Origin: Prionailurus viverrinus
Taxonomy: Eukaryota
NCBI RefSeq assembly: GCF_022837055.1
Contig: NC_062576.1
Span: 18,350,144-18,414,143, forward strand
Direction of reading: 5' to 3'
DNA: 64,000 bases
The notes under the pieces are model-generated. The model saw only the letters and a list, made by a program, of their open reading frames with translations. It ran no database searches and was not told the origin of the DNA. A program made the position numbers and the translations under genes. Positions 20,391-32,397 of the stretch are shown piece by piece (the stretch's first letter is position 1; each line of letters starts with the position of its first letter).

Positions 20391-20553
20391 CTCAAGTTTG
20401 TTCTGATGATTAAGAGTTAACACATACAAGGGGTTAGAACAATGCCTGGCACTTATTTACAAAGTGTTTGCTGTTAGGAGCACCTGGCGAGTGCTCTGGC
20501 ATATAAGTAATTAATGTCAGCTGCTCTCTTGTCTCCATCCCCATGTGCCCTAG

Positions 20554-20663
20554 GCTCCCCAGAAGATGGGCCTCGAGTGGTCTTCATCGTGGACCTTTGG
20601 CACCCCAACGTGGCTGGGGCTGAGCGCCAGGCCCTTGACTTTGTCTTCGCACCAGACCCTTGA
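20554..20663 (+). CDS. ASPHD1: ASPHD1 terminal coding exon ([36 protein letters not shown]), ending at the TGA at 20661-20663.
   Basis: The acceptor is ccctag|GC. The translation matches the human ASPHD1 C-terminus. The three exons total 1104 nt, giving 367 aa. Confidence 0.85.
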
Positions 20664-21004
20664 AGCAAGGGGCTCCCTTCAGACATCTGGGCTGGAGAGA
20701 TGCTGCACTCAGGGATGGCTTGAGTGGTAGCCAGGACCGCCTCTCCACTGCAGGGGGTGGGGTGGGGCTGCGGGTGGGAACGGACCAGCCAACACTGAAA
20801 TACAGATTTTAAATCCTCTCCTAACTCCTGACTACCTTTTTCTAGCTACCAGCCCAGTTCAAGGCTTTGGGCAGGAGCTCCTGGCCTGTCCCATCCAACT
20901 AACCAAGTACCTCCTTAACACAAGCCATCTCCCCAATCCTCTCCCTCAGAGCCAGCACCAGACCCTCAACTCAACTTTATGCCAATAATTTAATAGAAAA
21001 TTAA

Positions 21005-21010
21005 AATAAA
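21005..21010 (+). terminator. ASPHD1: Candidate ASPHD1 polyadenylation signal AATAAA.
   Basis: An aataaa hexamer lies about 340 nt downstream of the stop codon in an AT-rich context. Confidence 0.35.
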
Positions 21011-21074
21011 TAATATGAAATAGATTGAGAAGATGGCTGAGCTGGTGCAAGCCCAGGCCAGCCTAGTACAAAGT

Positions 21075-21240
21075 TAAGGAGGTGGGGGGGAGGGGGGGCT
21101 GGTGGGGGAAGGACGAGGGAGGGAAACTACCCTGCATGACGGTGGGGAGGTGGTTCAGTAAGGGCTGGCTTGACACTTTGGCGTGTACTATGTGCTGAAA
21201 AAACGGGGGGGGGGGGACAGGGTGGGGAGAGAGAAGGGGA
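21075..21240 (+). other. G-run-rich (G-quadruplex-prone) tract between the convergent ASPHD1 and KCTD13 stop codons.
   Basis: ggtgggggggagggggggctggtgggggaagg ... acgggggggggggggacagggtggggagagag. There are multiple runs of three or more G on the plus strand. Confidence 0.6.
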
Positions 21241-21548
21241 GAAAGGGAGCTCTAAATCACTCTAAACCAGCTGATGAGGGAAGAACAGGACAAGAATGGG
21301 ATAAGGGAACAAATGCAGGCCTTCTGAAGGGCTCTGACCTAGGGAGGGGGCTGGAATGTACCGTGCTGTTAGCAGTGAGGTGGGAATGAATGGAAAAGGG
21401 CCACAGTGAAATGTACCATGCGATGAAGGGACAGAAGATGGGCCCACGACTTGGCCAGCAAAGCCGGGGCAAAGGTATGGGAAAAGGAGGGAAAGAGAGA
21501 GGAACTGGGTTCCAGTGGCAGGAGGAAAACAGGGAGAAAGGTCAAAGG

Positions 21549-21785
21549 TCAGTCCTTGAAGACAATCTGTTGGCCATGAGGACGCTCGTCGTGGGTGATG
21601 TGGCGCCGGACATGGATCCTGCGGACACGGTGCTCTCGGTTCTCCTCATCCTCCCCTCGGCCTGCCCCACCACCTCCAGCTGCACCCCCTGTGGCCTCGA
21701 GGAGGGCTGGGTCTGGGCCCCGGGGAGTCTCGTAGATCAGGATGTTCAAGGTCTCCTCAAAGATTCGGGCCTCTGGGAACTCCAC
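21549..21785 (-). CDS. KCTD13: KCTD13 terminal coding exon 6 (VEFPEARIFEETLNILIYETPRGPDPALLEATGGAAGGGGAGRGEDEENREHRVRRIHVRRHITHDERPHGQQIVFKD*). The TGA stop is at 21549-21551 in the minus sense.
   Basis: Track ORF 21549..21941(-). The acceptor is ttttgcag|GTG. The peptide matches the human KCTD13 C-terminus. Confidence 0.9.
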   Translation of the reverse strand: MEFPEARIFEETLNILIYETPRGPDPALLEATGGAAGGGGAGRGEDEENREHRVRRIHVRRHITHDERPHGQQIVFKD

Positions 21786-23507
21786 CTGCAAAAGGCCAGC
21801 AACGCCCAGCTCCAACCCTCTGATCCAGATACACAGACGTGCCCCTCCCCCAGCTGGCCCTGCACTGGCACACCCCTGAGCCTTTGCAATCACAAGTTCT
21901 TTGGCCTGGACTATCTTCTTTGCAAATTTTTTACTCAGCAAAGTCTTACTTATCCTTCAAGGTCCAGCTCTAAAGTCAGGCAGAGTTATTTGTTTTCTCT
22001 CCTTTGCTGCCAAGTCTCTTGGTATGTTCTTTCATTTGACAAATTTTACTGAGTGACTGCACTGTACCAGGCATTGTTCTAGACATTGAGAAGATAGCAG
22101 TGAACTAAACAAAGTTTCTATCTGCAGGAAGTTTACATTCTAGGGGGAGGACACAGACATACAAGTAATAAAAAGGGGGCGGGATTGTTATGGCCAGGAA
22201 TGTTACAATTTTAGAGAGGGAGTTCAGAGAAAGTCTTGTGGAAAAGGTGACATTGAACCAAGAGACAAAGGAGGAGGGAAGGAGCCGGGTGGATAAGCAG
22301 AGAAAGAGCAGTCTGGGGAACAGGCAACAGCAAGTGCAAGAGCTCTGGGGCAGGAGTGCACTTAGTATAGTAAGGAGGGAGGCAGTGGAGAGAATGGAAA
22401 GGAGTGAAGTGAGGAAGTGATGGAGGGTCTCTTTGTGTGGCCTGGAGGGATATAACTAACTCTTAACAAGCTGCATTCTCATTACTGGTTTATCTTGTTT
22501 TCCCAATTACAGTGGAAACTTCTTAGAAGGTGGATTGGTCACTCATTCATTCATGCATGCATTCAATGAATGTTTCCTAGCTTTCGCTGTGTGGCAAGTG
22601 CCTGTCTAGTACTAGAGAGATAGGAAGAAAAGATAGACCCCTTACGCTCAAGAAGCTAACCCCTTGCTGCTGGTGTGACAGCCCCCTATCTCCGCCTCTG
22701 CCTGCTGCAGACTAAGAAGGAAGTATGATCAACTCTGGGGTTGTGGGGTTGAAAGTTCATGAGCAAAGGTGTCCCAAAGAAAGCTGTGCTTGACTTGCGT
22801 CTTAAAGATTAAGCACAAGTTCATTAGGCAGACGGGGCTGAGGAAACAGTCTAAGAAGAGGGACAGTGTGTACAAAGGTGGGGAGGTATGAGATAGCACT
22901 GGGTGCTCAGAGGGTGTATCTGAGGCTCTTCCCTCGTATCAAGGGCAGAAGGAAGTAGATGCCATGACAGAGGGCTGGTACTTAACCAGACATTTCACTC
23001 ACCTTGATTTGAAGCCTGGTGCAAAGCTTAGTGCAGAGTAGGTGCTCAGGAAGTTATCTGCTGATGACTGTCATGTTAATGACTCAGGAATTATACACTC
23101 ACTTGTTCTAAAAGACCTGTGTGTTCTAAGGTCCTGAGGTTTTAAAAGCCTATTTTGAGTCATGGACCCTTCTGAGATTCTAACAACTATGGTCTTTCTA
23201 AATGGAAAGATGCATACACACTCCCAAACTTGCAAACCACTTCCAGATAGCCTGGAGACCCAAATGGCCTAGGTAAAGAATCCCACTGTAATCCAACACC
23301 TTCATTTCATGGCAGAGAAACAGGCCCACAGAAGTAAGGTGACATGCCCAAGGTTACAAAAGACCCTGGAACTTGGAACTGCAGCTCCTAGCTCCCAGTA
23401 ACGGACTCTCCGCTGCCTGGTCTGCTGAGCTGCCTTTGTCCAGTCCAGGGTCCTGGTGCTGCCCACCACCACAGCCCTCCCTGATCAGACTCTGAACCCC
23501 TTCTGAC

Positions 23508-23703
23508 CTTGGTCTGCTTCTTTTCCGTGGCATAGACAATGGAGGTGCAGCACACCTCGGCGATTTTGCGGCCCTGCCCGTAGAAGGACCAGCAGCAGAT
23601 CTCGTCCCCCAGTACATCCTTGAGGAAAAGCAGCCGCCCATGGAAGCGCAGGGCCAGTTTGTCAAACAGCTCGATGTTCTTAAGTAGGTTGTCATCTGAA
23701 GTG
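23508..23703 (-). CDS. KCTD13: KCTD13 coding exon 5 ([66 protein letters not shown]).
   Basis: Track ORF 23388..23786(-). The acceptor is cctcag|C and the donor AAG|gtcaga. Matches human. Confidence 0.9.
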
Positions 23704-23939
23704 CTGAGGACCAGGGGCCAGGAGGCCTCAGTACACTGGCTTCCTGCCCGCTGTTCCCCTAGCCTAGGGGCCCCCCTACCCAGCACTCTGGTCCTGCCCA
23801 GGGGTTTGGTGCCCAGCAGGGAGCTTCTTCCACCCCTGGGGCCAGGCTAAGCGGGCCTCAGGGAGGACCAGCATCTGCGGAGCAAATCCCAGCACAGCGG
23901 AATGGCTCCCAGTGCAGGCTCTGGGGCTGGGCTGCTTCA

Positions 23940-24080
23940 CCTAACGTCCTAGACCAGCTGCTTTTTAACTGAGTGACACCAGGAAAGCTACTTCACCTCT
24001 TGGTGCCTCAGTTCCCTCATCTGTAAAATGGAGATCACAATAGTACCGACCTCAAACGACTGTGAGGATGATGGGAGTTA
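23940..24080 (+). mobile_element. MIR element in KCTD13 intron 4.
   Basis: ...ctacttcacctcttggtgcctcagttccctcatctgtaaaatggagatcacaatagtaccgacctcaaacgactgtgaggatgatgggagttaatatgtgtgaagcactgacagcaatgcctg. Confidence 0.7.
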
Positions 24081-24363
24081 ATATGTGTGAAGCACTGACA
24101 GCAATGCCTGTTACGGAAAAGCACTTAGTAAATGCCAGCCATTATCATCTAATCCTCACCTCAAGCCTGTTTACTGGTGATCACATTGAAGCTCAGGAAT
24201 GAAAATGACCTGCCCAAAGTGCCCAGTGGGTAAGTGGCAGAGCTGGAACCCTGATCTAGGCAGGCCTTCTCTTTGTCCCTCTGTCCCTCCCCCTGGGCCC
24301 AGACCTGGGGTGTGCTTGAGCTCAGGACTCCACCCGGTGCACCTCCCGCCCCGTGGTGGTCAC

Positions 24364-24416
24364 CTGGTGTAGGAGTACTTGTTGTTACTGCGGTTGTGCA
24401 GGAGCTTCACCACGGG
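24364..24416 (-). CDS. KCTD13: KCTD13 coding exon 4 (PVVKLLHNRSNNKYSYT).
   Basis: Track ORF 24360..24569(-). The acceptor is ccaacag|CCC and the donor AG|gtgacc. Phase 2 joins exon 5 to form the Ser codon. Confidence 0.88.
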
Positions 24417-24505
24417 CTGTTGGCGGAGAGAGCATGGAGAAGGGTGGGGGTCAGGCTGCAAGGAGAGGCCCCCAGCCTCCACCCTACAGGGCTCAGGGGC
24501 CTCAC

Positions 24506-24595
24506 CTTGGAGGTGCTGGCCAGGAGCTGCTGCTCCTCCCGGGGAGATGTCACCGTGGGGATGAGGCACAGCGGGGACAGGTTCTCCCTTTTTTG
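24506..24595 (-). CDS. KCTD13: KCTD13 coding exon 3 (QKRENLSPLCLIPTVTSPREEQQLLASTSK).
   Basis: Track ORF 24407..24640(-). The acceptor is ttctccag|CAA and the donor AAG|gtgagg. The 90-nt exon is in phase 0. Confidence 0.88.
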
Positions 24596-25271
24596 CTGGA
24601 GAAGAAGCGGAAGGTGGTTAACAGCACAACCAAAGGTCACTCACTCCCCCACTTAAAAGCTGTCAAAAGTTGTTGTTGCCTTTGGGAAAAAAATTCAGAC
24701 TCCTTAGTGGTCCACAAAGCTCTGCAGGATTCAACCTCTCCGATCTCATCTCTACCACTCTCCCCTACTTGCTGGGCTTCAGCCCCACCCATAGCTGTTC
24801 CTTGTGCCCACCCAGGTGTTTGCTGTTCCCACTGCCTGGAATGGTCTACACTGTTGTATGTATGGCTGGCCCCTTCATACCATTAAGATAACTCAAACAG
24901 TACCCCCCAGAGGGTGCTGGTCCAATTCCTGAAGCTCCCTGACCACTACTAGAGTAAAGTAGGCTCCTCTACTTCCTTTTCACATTAACAGCTCATTCTT
25001 CATGGCTCTTAGTTCTTCACATTTTCTCACTTTGGGGTATGTTTGCTTATGATCTGGTCTCTTCTCACCTAGGGAATTCCTAGTATACAGTGGATGCTCA
25101 GTGTCTGTTCAATAAATGAACTTGGTTGGGTGGGATGAGGTCTGAGGCAAAACCAGATACATGGGCTTCTTTCCTCTTTCCTGTCTTTAAGAATCTTTAT
25201 GCCAAAACCCCTCTCACCTCTCTCAACCAGAAGATCTCTTAACTAGAAATTCCAGAAGAGTTACAAAAATT

Positions 25272-25455
25272 AGGGCACCTGGGTGGCTCAGTCAGTGAAG
25301 CGTCTGACTCTTGGTTTTGGCTCAGGTCATGATCTCACCCGGTTCATGTGTTTGATCCCCACATCGGGCTCCGTGCTGAAAGCGCAGAGCCTGCTTGGAA
25401 TTTCTCTCCCCTCTCCTCTCTCTCAAAACAAACGAACAAACAAACAAACATTAAA
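25272..25455 (+). mobile_element. CAN-SINE in KCTD13 intron 2 with a (CAAA)n-type tail.
   Basis: gggcacctgggtggctcagtcagtgaagcgtctgactcttggttttggctcaggtcatgatctcacccggttcatgtgtttgatcccc... Confidence 0.85.
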
Positions 25456-25475
25456 AGAAAAAAAACTCGGGGCGC

Positions 25476-25680
25476 CTGGGTGGCGCAGTCGGTTAAGCGT
25501 CCGACTTCAGCCAGGTCACGATCTCCCGGTCCGGGAGTTCGAGCCCCGCGTCGGGCTCTGGGCTGATGGCTCAAAGCCTGGAGCCTGTTTCCGATTCTGT
25601 GTGTCCCTCTCTCTCTGCCCCTCCCCCGTTCATGCTCTGTCTCTCTCTGTCCCAAAAATAAATAAACGTTGAAAAAAAAA
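25476..25680 (+). mobile_element. Young, near-consensus felid SINE (SINEC_Fc) in KCTD13 intron 2.
   Basis: ggggcgcctgggtggcgcagtcggttaagcgtccgacttcagccaggtcacgatctcccggtccgggagttcgagccccgcgtcgggctctgggctgatggctc... The CpGs are intact. It is almost identical to the copy at 60327-60533. Confidence 0.9.
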
Positions 25681-25959
25681 AATTTTAAAGGAAAAAAACT
25701 CATATGACTTTTTCTAAAATTAACATGGAAAAATAAAAGTCTATTACTTAGGTCAATTTTTAAAAAGAACCAAGAGAAAAGACTGACTCTATCATATATT
25801 AATGTATCCTACAAAGCCATACTAAAGAAAACAGTGTGGTTTTGGTTTGGGAGAACAAACAAGAAACCAATGGAACACAACAGAGAGTTTGGAAACAGGC
25901 TGGTATATATGTGAAAACATATTTATAAAGAGGACACCACATATCAGTGGGGGCAAGTA

Positions 25960-26400
25960 TGAAGTATGTATTGGTTATTGCTGTGTAATGAACTATCTCC
26001 AAACTTGGCAGCTTAAATCAACAATACATATTTATTACCCTAGTGTCTGTGGGTCAAGGATTCAGGAGTGGCTCAGATGGGTCGTTTTGGCATAGGGGTC
26101 TCCCTTGAGGTTGTAGTCATGTCACCCAGTGCTGCAGGAATCTGAAGACATGCCTGATTTGGACGGTTTGTGTCTGAGAAAGCTTATTCATATGGCTGGC
26201 AAGTTCATGCTGGCTGTCGGCAGGAAACATCTCATCCCTGTCATCTGGACCTCTCCACAGGGTTGCTTGCGTGTCCTCACAAAATGGCAGCTGGCTTCTC
26301 CAGAGCAGATGATCCGAGAGACCAAGGTGATGGGCTCAATGTCTTTCATGACCTAGTTTTGTCAGCTCTGTTCAGTGTGGAAGGAAACTACATAAAAGAA
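25960..26400 (+). mobile_element. Ancient interspersed repeat (non-LTR, MER-like), copy 1.
   Basis: Shares ordered blocks with 27790-28310 (...tatctccaaacttggcagcttaaatcaacaatacatatttattac...gtgtcctcacaaaatggcagctggcttctccagagcagatgatccgagagaccaag...). The two copies are highly diverged. Confidence 0.5.
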
Positions 26401-27789
26401 TGAATACTAGGGAATAAGAATCACCGGGGACTGCCTTGGAGGCTAACTAACTCTACAGGCCACCTTCTGGCTCCTTTGATTCAACTCCTTCCCATTGAAA
26501 AACACACTTCCTCCCTCCCAAGATCCCCCAAAGTCTCATCCCATTTCAGCATCACTTGAAGTACAGAATCTTGTTATCTAAGTCAGTGTAGGTTGGGATG
26601 AGGCTCCTTAGGTGTAGTTCCTTAAGTATAGCTCCGTAAACATTTCCACTCTATCTGAAGACCTGTGAACTAAAGAGACCACTCATCTCTCCCATATACC
26701 TACTATGCAGTGGTGGAACAGGCATTAGCACAATCACCGGGGCACTCTCGTTCAAACGGTTGGGGAGGAGGTAGGTGGCACACGGAAGTCACTGTTTCGT
26801 ATCAATTCTGTAATCCAGTTGGATGAATACTGGGAGCTCTCTGATGCCTACTCTTATTCAGAAATGATTCTCTATGGCTCTTGGCTCTGCCCTGAGTCAT
26901 CCTTCCTTTCCCATGAAAGATAATCCATGCTCGCAGCTCCATGGTTTCCTGCCAGTAGAACTCTGGGGGTCCAAAGGTCTTGCACGGTCTGTCACTTTTG
27001 GTCCAAGCTGGCAGTGTTTCTGCCAATATAACTCTCTTAAAAACTTAATGGGTGTCTTGTGAGTCTTGGGGTTCAGTTCATTAGACAAATGCCACACCCA
27101 CAAATCTTCGTGAGATAAGCTGTCCTCTACTTTGGGCTTGTGCTGAGACTGCTGAGGTTCTCTGAGAGGTTCAAAGGTTCTCTGAGGCATCTTCTTGGAT
27201 ATTTCTGAAGTCTTAACAAAGGATTTTACAATCATATCCTCAGTTTCATCTTTAGATCATGTTTTACTGAGAATGCCCTATATTTGATCTTTGCCTGGAA
27301 GCCATTTGTTAATTTTAACATCATGCGTTACCTGGAAAGGCTGGGGACTTTCAAACCCAGTAATACCTGGCTCCTTTGTGTTCAATTGTTTTTCCTCTTG
27401 CTTACCCTCTCCTCTTCTATTTTACTATCAGCAACAATAAACCCAGTGGCACCTTCAACATTCTTTCTGGAAATCTCTTTAGCTAACCACCCAGATCATT
27501 AGGTACATTTTCCACTTTCTACATTACTGTAGGAGACAGTGTTATTAAACTTCTGCCACTACATAACAAGGATCCCCTTTACACCAGTTTCCAGTAACAT
27601 TTTCATCCCAGCAGCCTCCTCCAAGGTCATCAGACTTCTGTGAGCAGACCCTCTCAAGCTCTTTAGGCTTTTATTAATATTCTCCTCAAAGCCATGCCAG
27701 CTTGTGCCCACTTCCCAGTTCTAAAGCCACTCCTACACTTTAGAGTTTTGTTACCACAGAACCCCACTCCAGATACCCAATCTGTTCTC

Positions 27790-28310
27790 TATTGCTGGGT
27801 AATAAATTACTACAAATTTAGCAGCTTACAACAATAAACATTTATTATCACACAGTTTCGGTGGATTGGGAACTTGAGATCACCTTAGCTGGGTGGTCCT
27901 GGCCCAGGGTCTCTCATGAAGTTGGAGTCCAGACATTGGCCAGGGCTGTAGTTATCCGAAGACTGGACTGGGCCTAGAGAATCTGCTTGAGATAGTTCAC
28001 CCATATGCCTGGGAGTCTGTGCTGGCTATTGGCTGAAGCTGGCCATTGGCTTCAGTTCCTCACCAAGTGAACCTCCCTTGTCCTCGTGTGGCAGCTGGCT
28101 TCCCCCAGAGTGAGTGACCCGAGATAGGCAGAAATGGCAATGTCTTTTATGACTTGGCTTTAGAAGTCACACACCATCACTTCTGCAATATCCTACTGAT
28201 TACATAGGTCAGCCCTATTCAGCGTGGAAGGGGACTAAACAAGAGCATGAATAAGGAGGAAGTAAGAATTGCGGGTGGGCATCTTGGACACTGGCTACCA
28301 CAGAATATTT
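27790..28310 (+). mobile_element. Ancient interspersed repeat, copy 2 (same family as 25960-26400).
   Basis: gctgggtaataaattactacaaatttagcagcttacaacaataaacatttattatcacacagtttcggtgg...ctggcttcccccagagtgagtgacccgagataggcag...ctggctaccac. Confidence 0.5.
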
Positions 28311-28572
28311 AGTAGGTGGCATTGGGAAAACTAGTTCACTCTATGGAGGACAAAAAATAGTTAAATCCCTTCATAATTTACATTTATAACAGTGAATTCC
28401 ATTTAGACCCATATATGAAAGATAAAACCATAAAGCTAATAAAAGATGTAGAATGGAAAAACAAACAAACAAAAAACCTTTTTAAGCAAGACCCTGAAAG
28501 GATATACCATTAAGGGGGGAAATAAAGGAGCGGGGAGGAATTTGACATTAAAAATCAAGAATTTCACAGGAA

Positions 28573-28790
28573 ACCTGGGTGGCTCAGTCAGTTAAGCAGC
28601 CAACTTTGGCTCAGGTCATGATCTCACGGTTCATGAGCTCGAGCCCCGCATCAGGCTCTGTGCTGACAGCTCAGAGCCTGGAGCCTGCTTCGGATTCTGT
28701 CTCCCTCTCTCTCTGTCCCTCCCCCACTCACACTCTGTTTCTCTCTTTCTCTCTCTCAAAAAAAATAAACATTAAAAAAAAATCAAGAAT
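28573..28790 (+). mobile_element. CAN-SINE in KCTD13 intron 2.
   Basis: aacctgggtggctcagtcagttaagcagccaactttggctcaggtcatgatctcacggttcatgagctcgagccccgcatcaggctctgtgctgacagctcagagcctggagcctgcttcggattctgtctccctctctctctg...aaaaaaaataaacatt. Confidence 0.88.
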
Positions 28791-29562
28791 TTCTCCAGTT
28801 AACAACGGAAAACGTGACTTTACAAATAACCCCAGGTCATAATGTTGAAGGAATAATAACAATTATAATTACTCCACAACCCTAATGAAACTACTGATTC
28901 ACATAAGGATTCTCAACTGGTGTGTGTTTGATAGATAACTGCCATTCACACAGTGCATAAACATTACACAGATTGCTTTATAGCTGTCATGAAGGAAGTG
29001 TAACTATAATGGAGGGATCAGACCATTATCACCTGAATCTAGGAGCCAATTCTGAGCATTACCAATGATGGGTCATATTAACAATATCATGGGTCACTTC
29101 ATATAACATAGTATGAAATACATAAAATTACCTACAATGTATTCTAACCAAAATGTTTAGTGTCAAGTCTTTAAATCTACAGTCTAGTTTACAGAAAACT
29201 CAGAATAGGGTAGAGTAACAAACCAAATGACACCACAGGTAAACAACCACACAAATTTGGAAAGTGGGTCACTGTGCAAGACAGCTGGTGGTCTCTTTAA
29301 CAAGTCAGCATGAACAAAAGGGATGGTTATCGGCTGGAAGAAGACTTAAAGAACATAATAACCAGATGTAATGCAAAGATCTAGACTGGATCCTGGTTTA
29401 GATGAGTCAGCTATAAAAGATGTTTCTGGAACAAATGGAGAATTTGTATACCCTGGATGTTAGATAAGAAAAAATTTTATTGACATGGAAAGATGGCAAT
29501 TATTAACAAATAAACAAAAAAACCAGACTACAAAACAGCACATACAGCACGACCATAATTTG

Positions 29563-29565
<3 letters not shown>

Positions 29566-29614
<49 letters not shown>
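29566..29614 (+). repeat. (AC)24 microsatellite.
   Basis: acacacac... Pure dinucleotide run. Confidence 0.95.
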
Positions 29615-29616
<2 letters not shown>

Positions 29617-29989
29617 ATAGACCCGGAAGGATATTTGGTGCTTTTATTTTTTTTTGATTATCTGTGTTTTCTAAATTTCCACAATACATATGTATACTGC
29701 TTTAAAAATAATAAATAGTTATTTATAATTAAAAAAATCAAGGATTTCTATTCAACAACAGATGCCACAGACAGATGACATTTCAAGAGAAAATACTGGC
29801 CACAATTAAAACTGACTAGAAATTATCTGAAACAGATTTTCTCAACTAGGATTCCTCACCCAAATCACAAACCCAGCAAATAAATAATTTGAGTAACTAT
29901 TTTCTCAATTCTTCCAAGGATGATAAGCAAACAGTACCATTCTAGCTGCACAGGAGGAGAATAAACTTATTATGTACAATATATGCCTG

Positions 29990-30870
29990 AGGGCTTAATT
30001 CTCCCCAGGAACTAAACTAAAATATGCAAGGATCTTCTGCAAAGCAACAAGAAAAAGATAGGAAACTCAGTAGAAAATTTGGTAAAGAATATGAATAGGC
30101 AATTCACAGAATGGGAAACCAAAAAAGTGAGTTAAGCATATGAAAAGATGCTCAATTCATTAGTAATCAGAGGCATGCAAATTAAAATGAGATCACTCCA
30201 TACGAATCAGATTTGCAAAATTAGAACACTGGATGATGCTGTGTGTGGTTGAGAATATGCAGAAACGAGATCCCTTAAGCATTGCTGATCAAGAGTATAA
30301 AGTACTACAGTCAATGGGGAGAGTAATCTGATGATACTTGCTGAAATTTATTTGTATGTGTTCTGTGACCCAGCAATTCCACTCCCAAACATGAGAAACC
30401 CTGGCCCAGGATCCACACTAACAGTGGCAGGTGGCACTGTTTGTAGGGGAAGGAAGTAGGAGGCAATCTAGGTCTCCAACCTCAGGGGAATGTATAAATA
30501 AAATATGGTGAATACAAGCCATAGATTCTTGTGCAGCAGTCAGAAGTAAAAAACTAAATGTACATATAGCAACATGAATAGATCTTGAAAAAAGTGTTCA
30601 AACAGAAAACACAATCAAATAGCTCAATGCCATTTATGGATATTTAAAACGTACATATATAAAACAATGCTTTTAGCTTTTCAAGGGTACAAACATAATC
30701 CAAGTATATGTATCAAAACATTAGAATTGGAGGGCTATCTATGGGTCAAAGGGAAATGGGGAAGGGACTGGGAATGACAGGGAAAAAGTAAAAAGAGAGA
30801 AGATTTGTATACACCAATAATGATTAAGTACCACACACTGAGGAGTATGATGAACTCAATTCTCTAAACC
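29990..30870 (+). mobile_element. Old LINE-1 fragment (ORF2 C-terminal region) in KCTD13 intron 2, antisense to the gene.
   Basis: Translates in sense to ...[43 protein letters not shown]...-like sequence (caaattaaaatgagatcactccatacgaatcagatttgcaaaattagaacactgg). Confidence 0.7.
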
Positions 30871-31860
30871 CAAATCTTAACAACAAAAACAAAACCTCCA
30901 GGCAAACAAGAAAACTCTGAGTGGGGTGAGGATGGGAATGGTGTCAGGGAAACCTGGAAAGGAGGCAGCTGGAGTACAGAGGAAAAAGCACTGCACCTGG
31001 GAATCTGAGCTCTGCAGCTTACTGGCTCTTTGACCTCGAAGGCATCCCCAACTTCCCTCCTTTATGTCAAACAGGAGGTACAAGATGTACACACAAATAG
31101 ATAGCAGAATTGCTCCTGACACACAGTGGGTGTGAGGTAACACTGGATAAATGTAGAACTACAGAGCAGGAACCCACTTTCAAGATCATTTAATGCAATG
31201 GTTTTCAAACTGCAAGTGGTGACTCATTAGTGGGTCATGAATAAGTTTAATGGGTCCCAAAAAGCATTAAAAAGAGAACAGAATATATCAGTGTGTATTT
31301 CACTAAAAGTATCTTTTCATAAAACTCTTATTTAAGTTATATATATGTGAGTATAAAATGCATTTTTTCTTCTATGGGATGCAGTTTGAAAAACATGGAT
31401 ATTGCCCAAAGGAACTCTATATTTTTGGATTTCCAGAACCAGTAAGTATTCACCAAGACAACTGAAAGTTGTTAATAGTTGCCACGTTTTAACACATAAA
31501 GGGCATTTAAAAAAACCTCATTATCTCCTATTAATATTGTATCATAAAAGAAAGGACATGTTTAACATTGTAAAAGTAGAACAGAATAAAAGGCTTATGT
31601 AAAACTCACTACACTGTACATATTTTTCTTGTTTCCCTATCTTTTGGAACATGAGGACAGAATGCCAGAGGTAGGAACTGATTCAATCAAGGTCGTTCAG
31701 TGAGCTGTGGGAGAAGTGACACTTAACCCACAGGTCCTGGCTATGCTTTCTATCTCCTCAGAATCCTAAGAGATCCATAGAAGAGAAGCCCAGCAGTTGG
31801 GGCTCTGGAACCCCCAACCTGTTGTATTGGGAGCAGTTCTGCTTCTAGGATTTCAACGCT

Positions 31861-31861
<1 letters not shown>

Positions 31862-31893
<32 letters not shown>
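31862..31893 (+). repeat. Poly(A) tract.
   Basis: About 32 consecutive A residues. Confidence 0.9.
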
Positions 31894-31895
<2 letters not shown>

Positions 31896-32397
31896 AAGAA
31901 AAGGAAAAAAAACCAAACCTGGTTGGAGGTGGAATGCTGCCTCCCAGGACAGAAACAAATCACACAGGTCACTATATTCTAGTTTAAATTAGTTTTTTGT
32001 TTTTGTTTTTTCCTAGTGGCACATGGAGTTATTTAAGATTTCTGAGCAAGGAGGAGAAGAGATTGGGATTGTGTTTAAGGATCATCATTCAGGTGGTAGT
32101 GTGAGAGCTCCATTAGCCAGGTAGGAACAGCAAGGAGGGAGCAGTTATTTAACAACTGCATTAGTCCTGGCATGAGGTGGTGAAAGAGGTCCTTCTTGAG
32201 GCAGCAGGGATACAGTGGAAAGCACCCCCAAATTTTCTGTGGTCATGACCAGTCACGGCCAGGCCACAGGCAGCATCTCTGGACAGTACCCCATATGCCT
32301 CTTTTCTCTCTCTCTTTTTTTTTAATGTCCTAGTATCTAACTGCTTGGGCAGCTCTCCCAGGGACACAGGCATAGGGTGGGACCCAGGGACCCTCAC

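Noticed and set aside
25283-25703. Recurrent short ORFs encoding MAQSVK(R/Q)LTL... / ...WVAQSVK..LT.AQVMISRF... (for example 25283, 28579, 39703, 41247, 48236, 50147, 55052, 60322, 61862).
   Set aside because: They are translations of the CAN-SINE head, which is tRNA-derived, in either orientation. The same peptide recurring at every SINE shows it is a repeat artefact, not a gene family.
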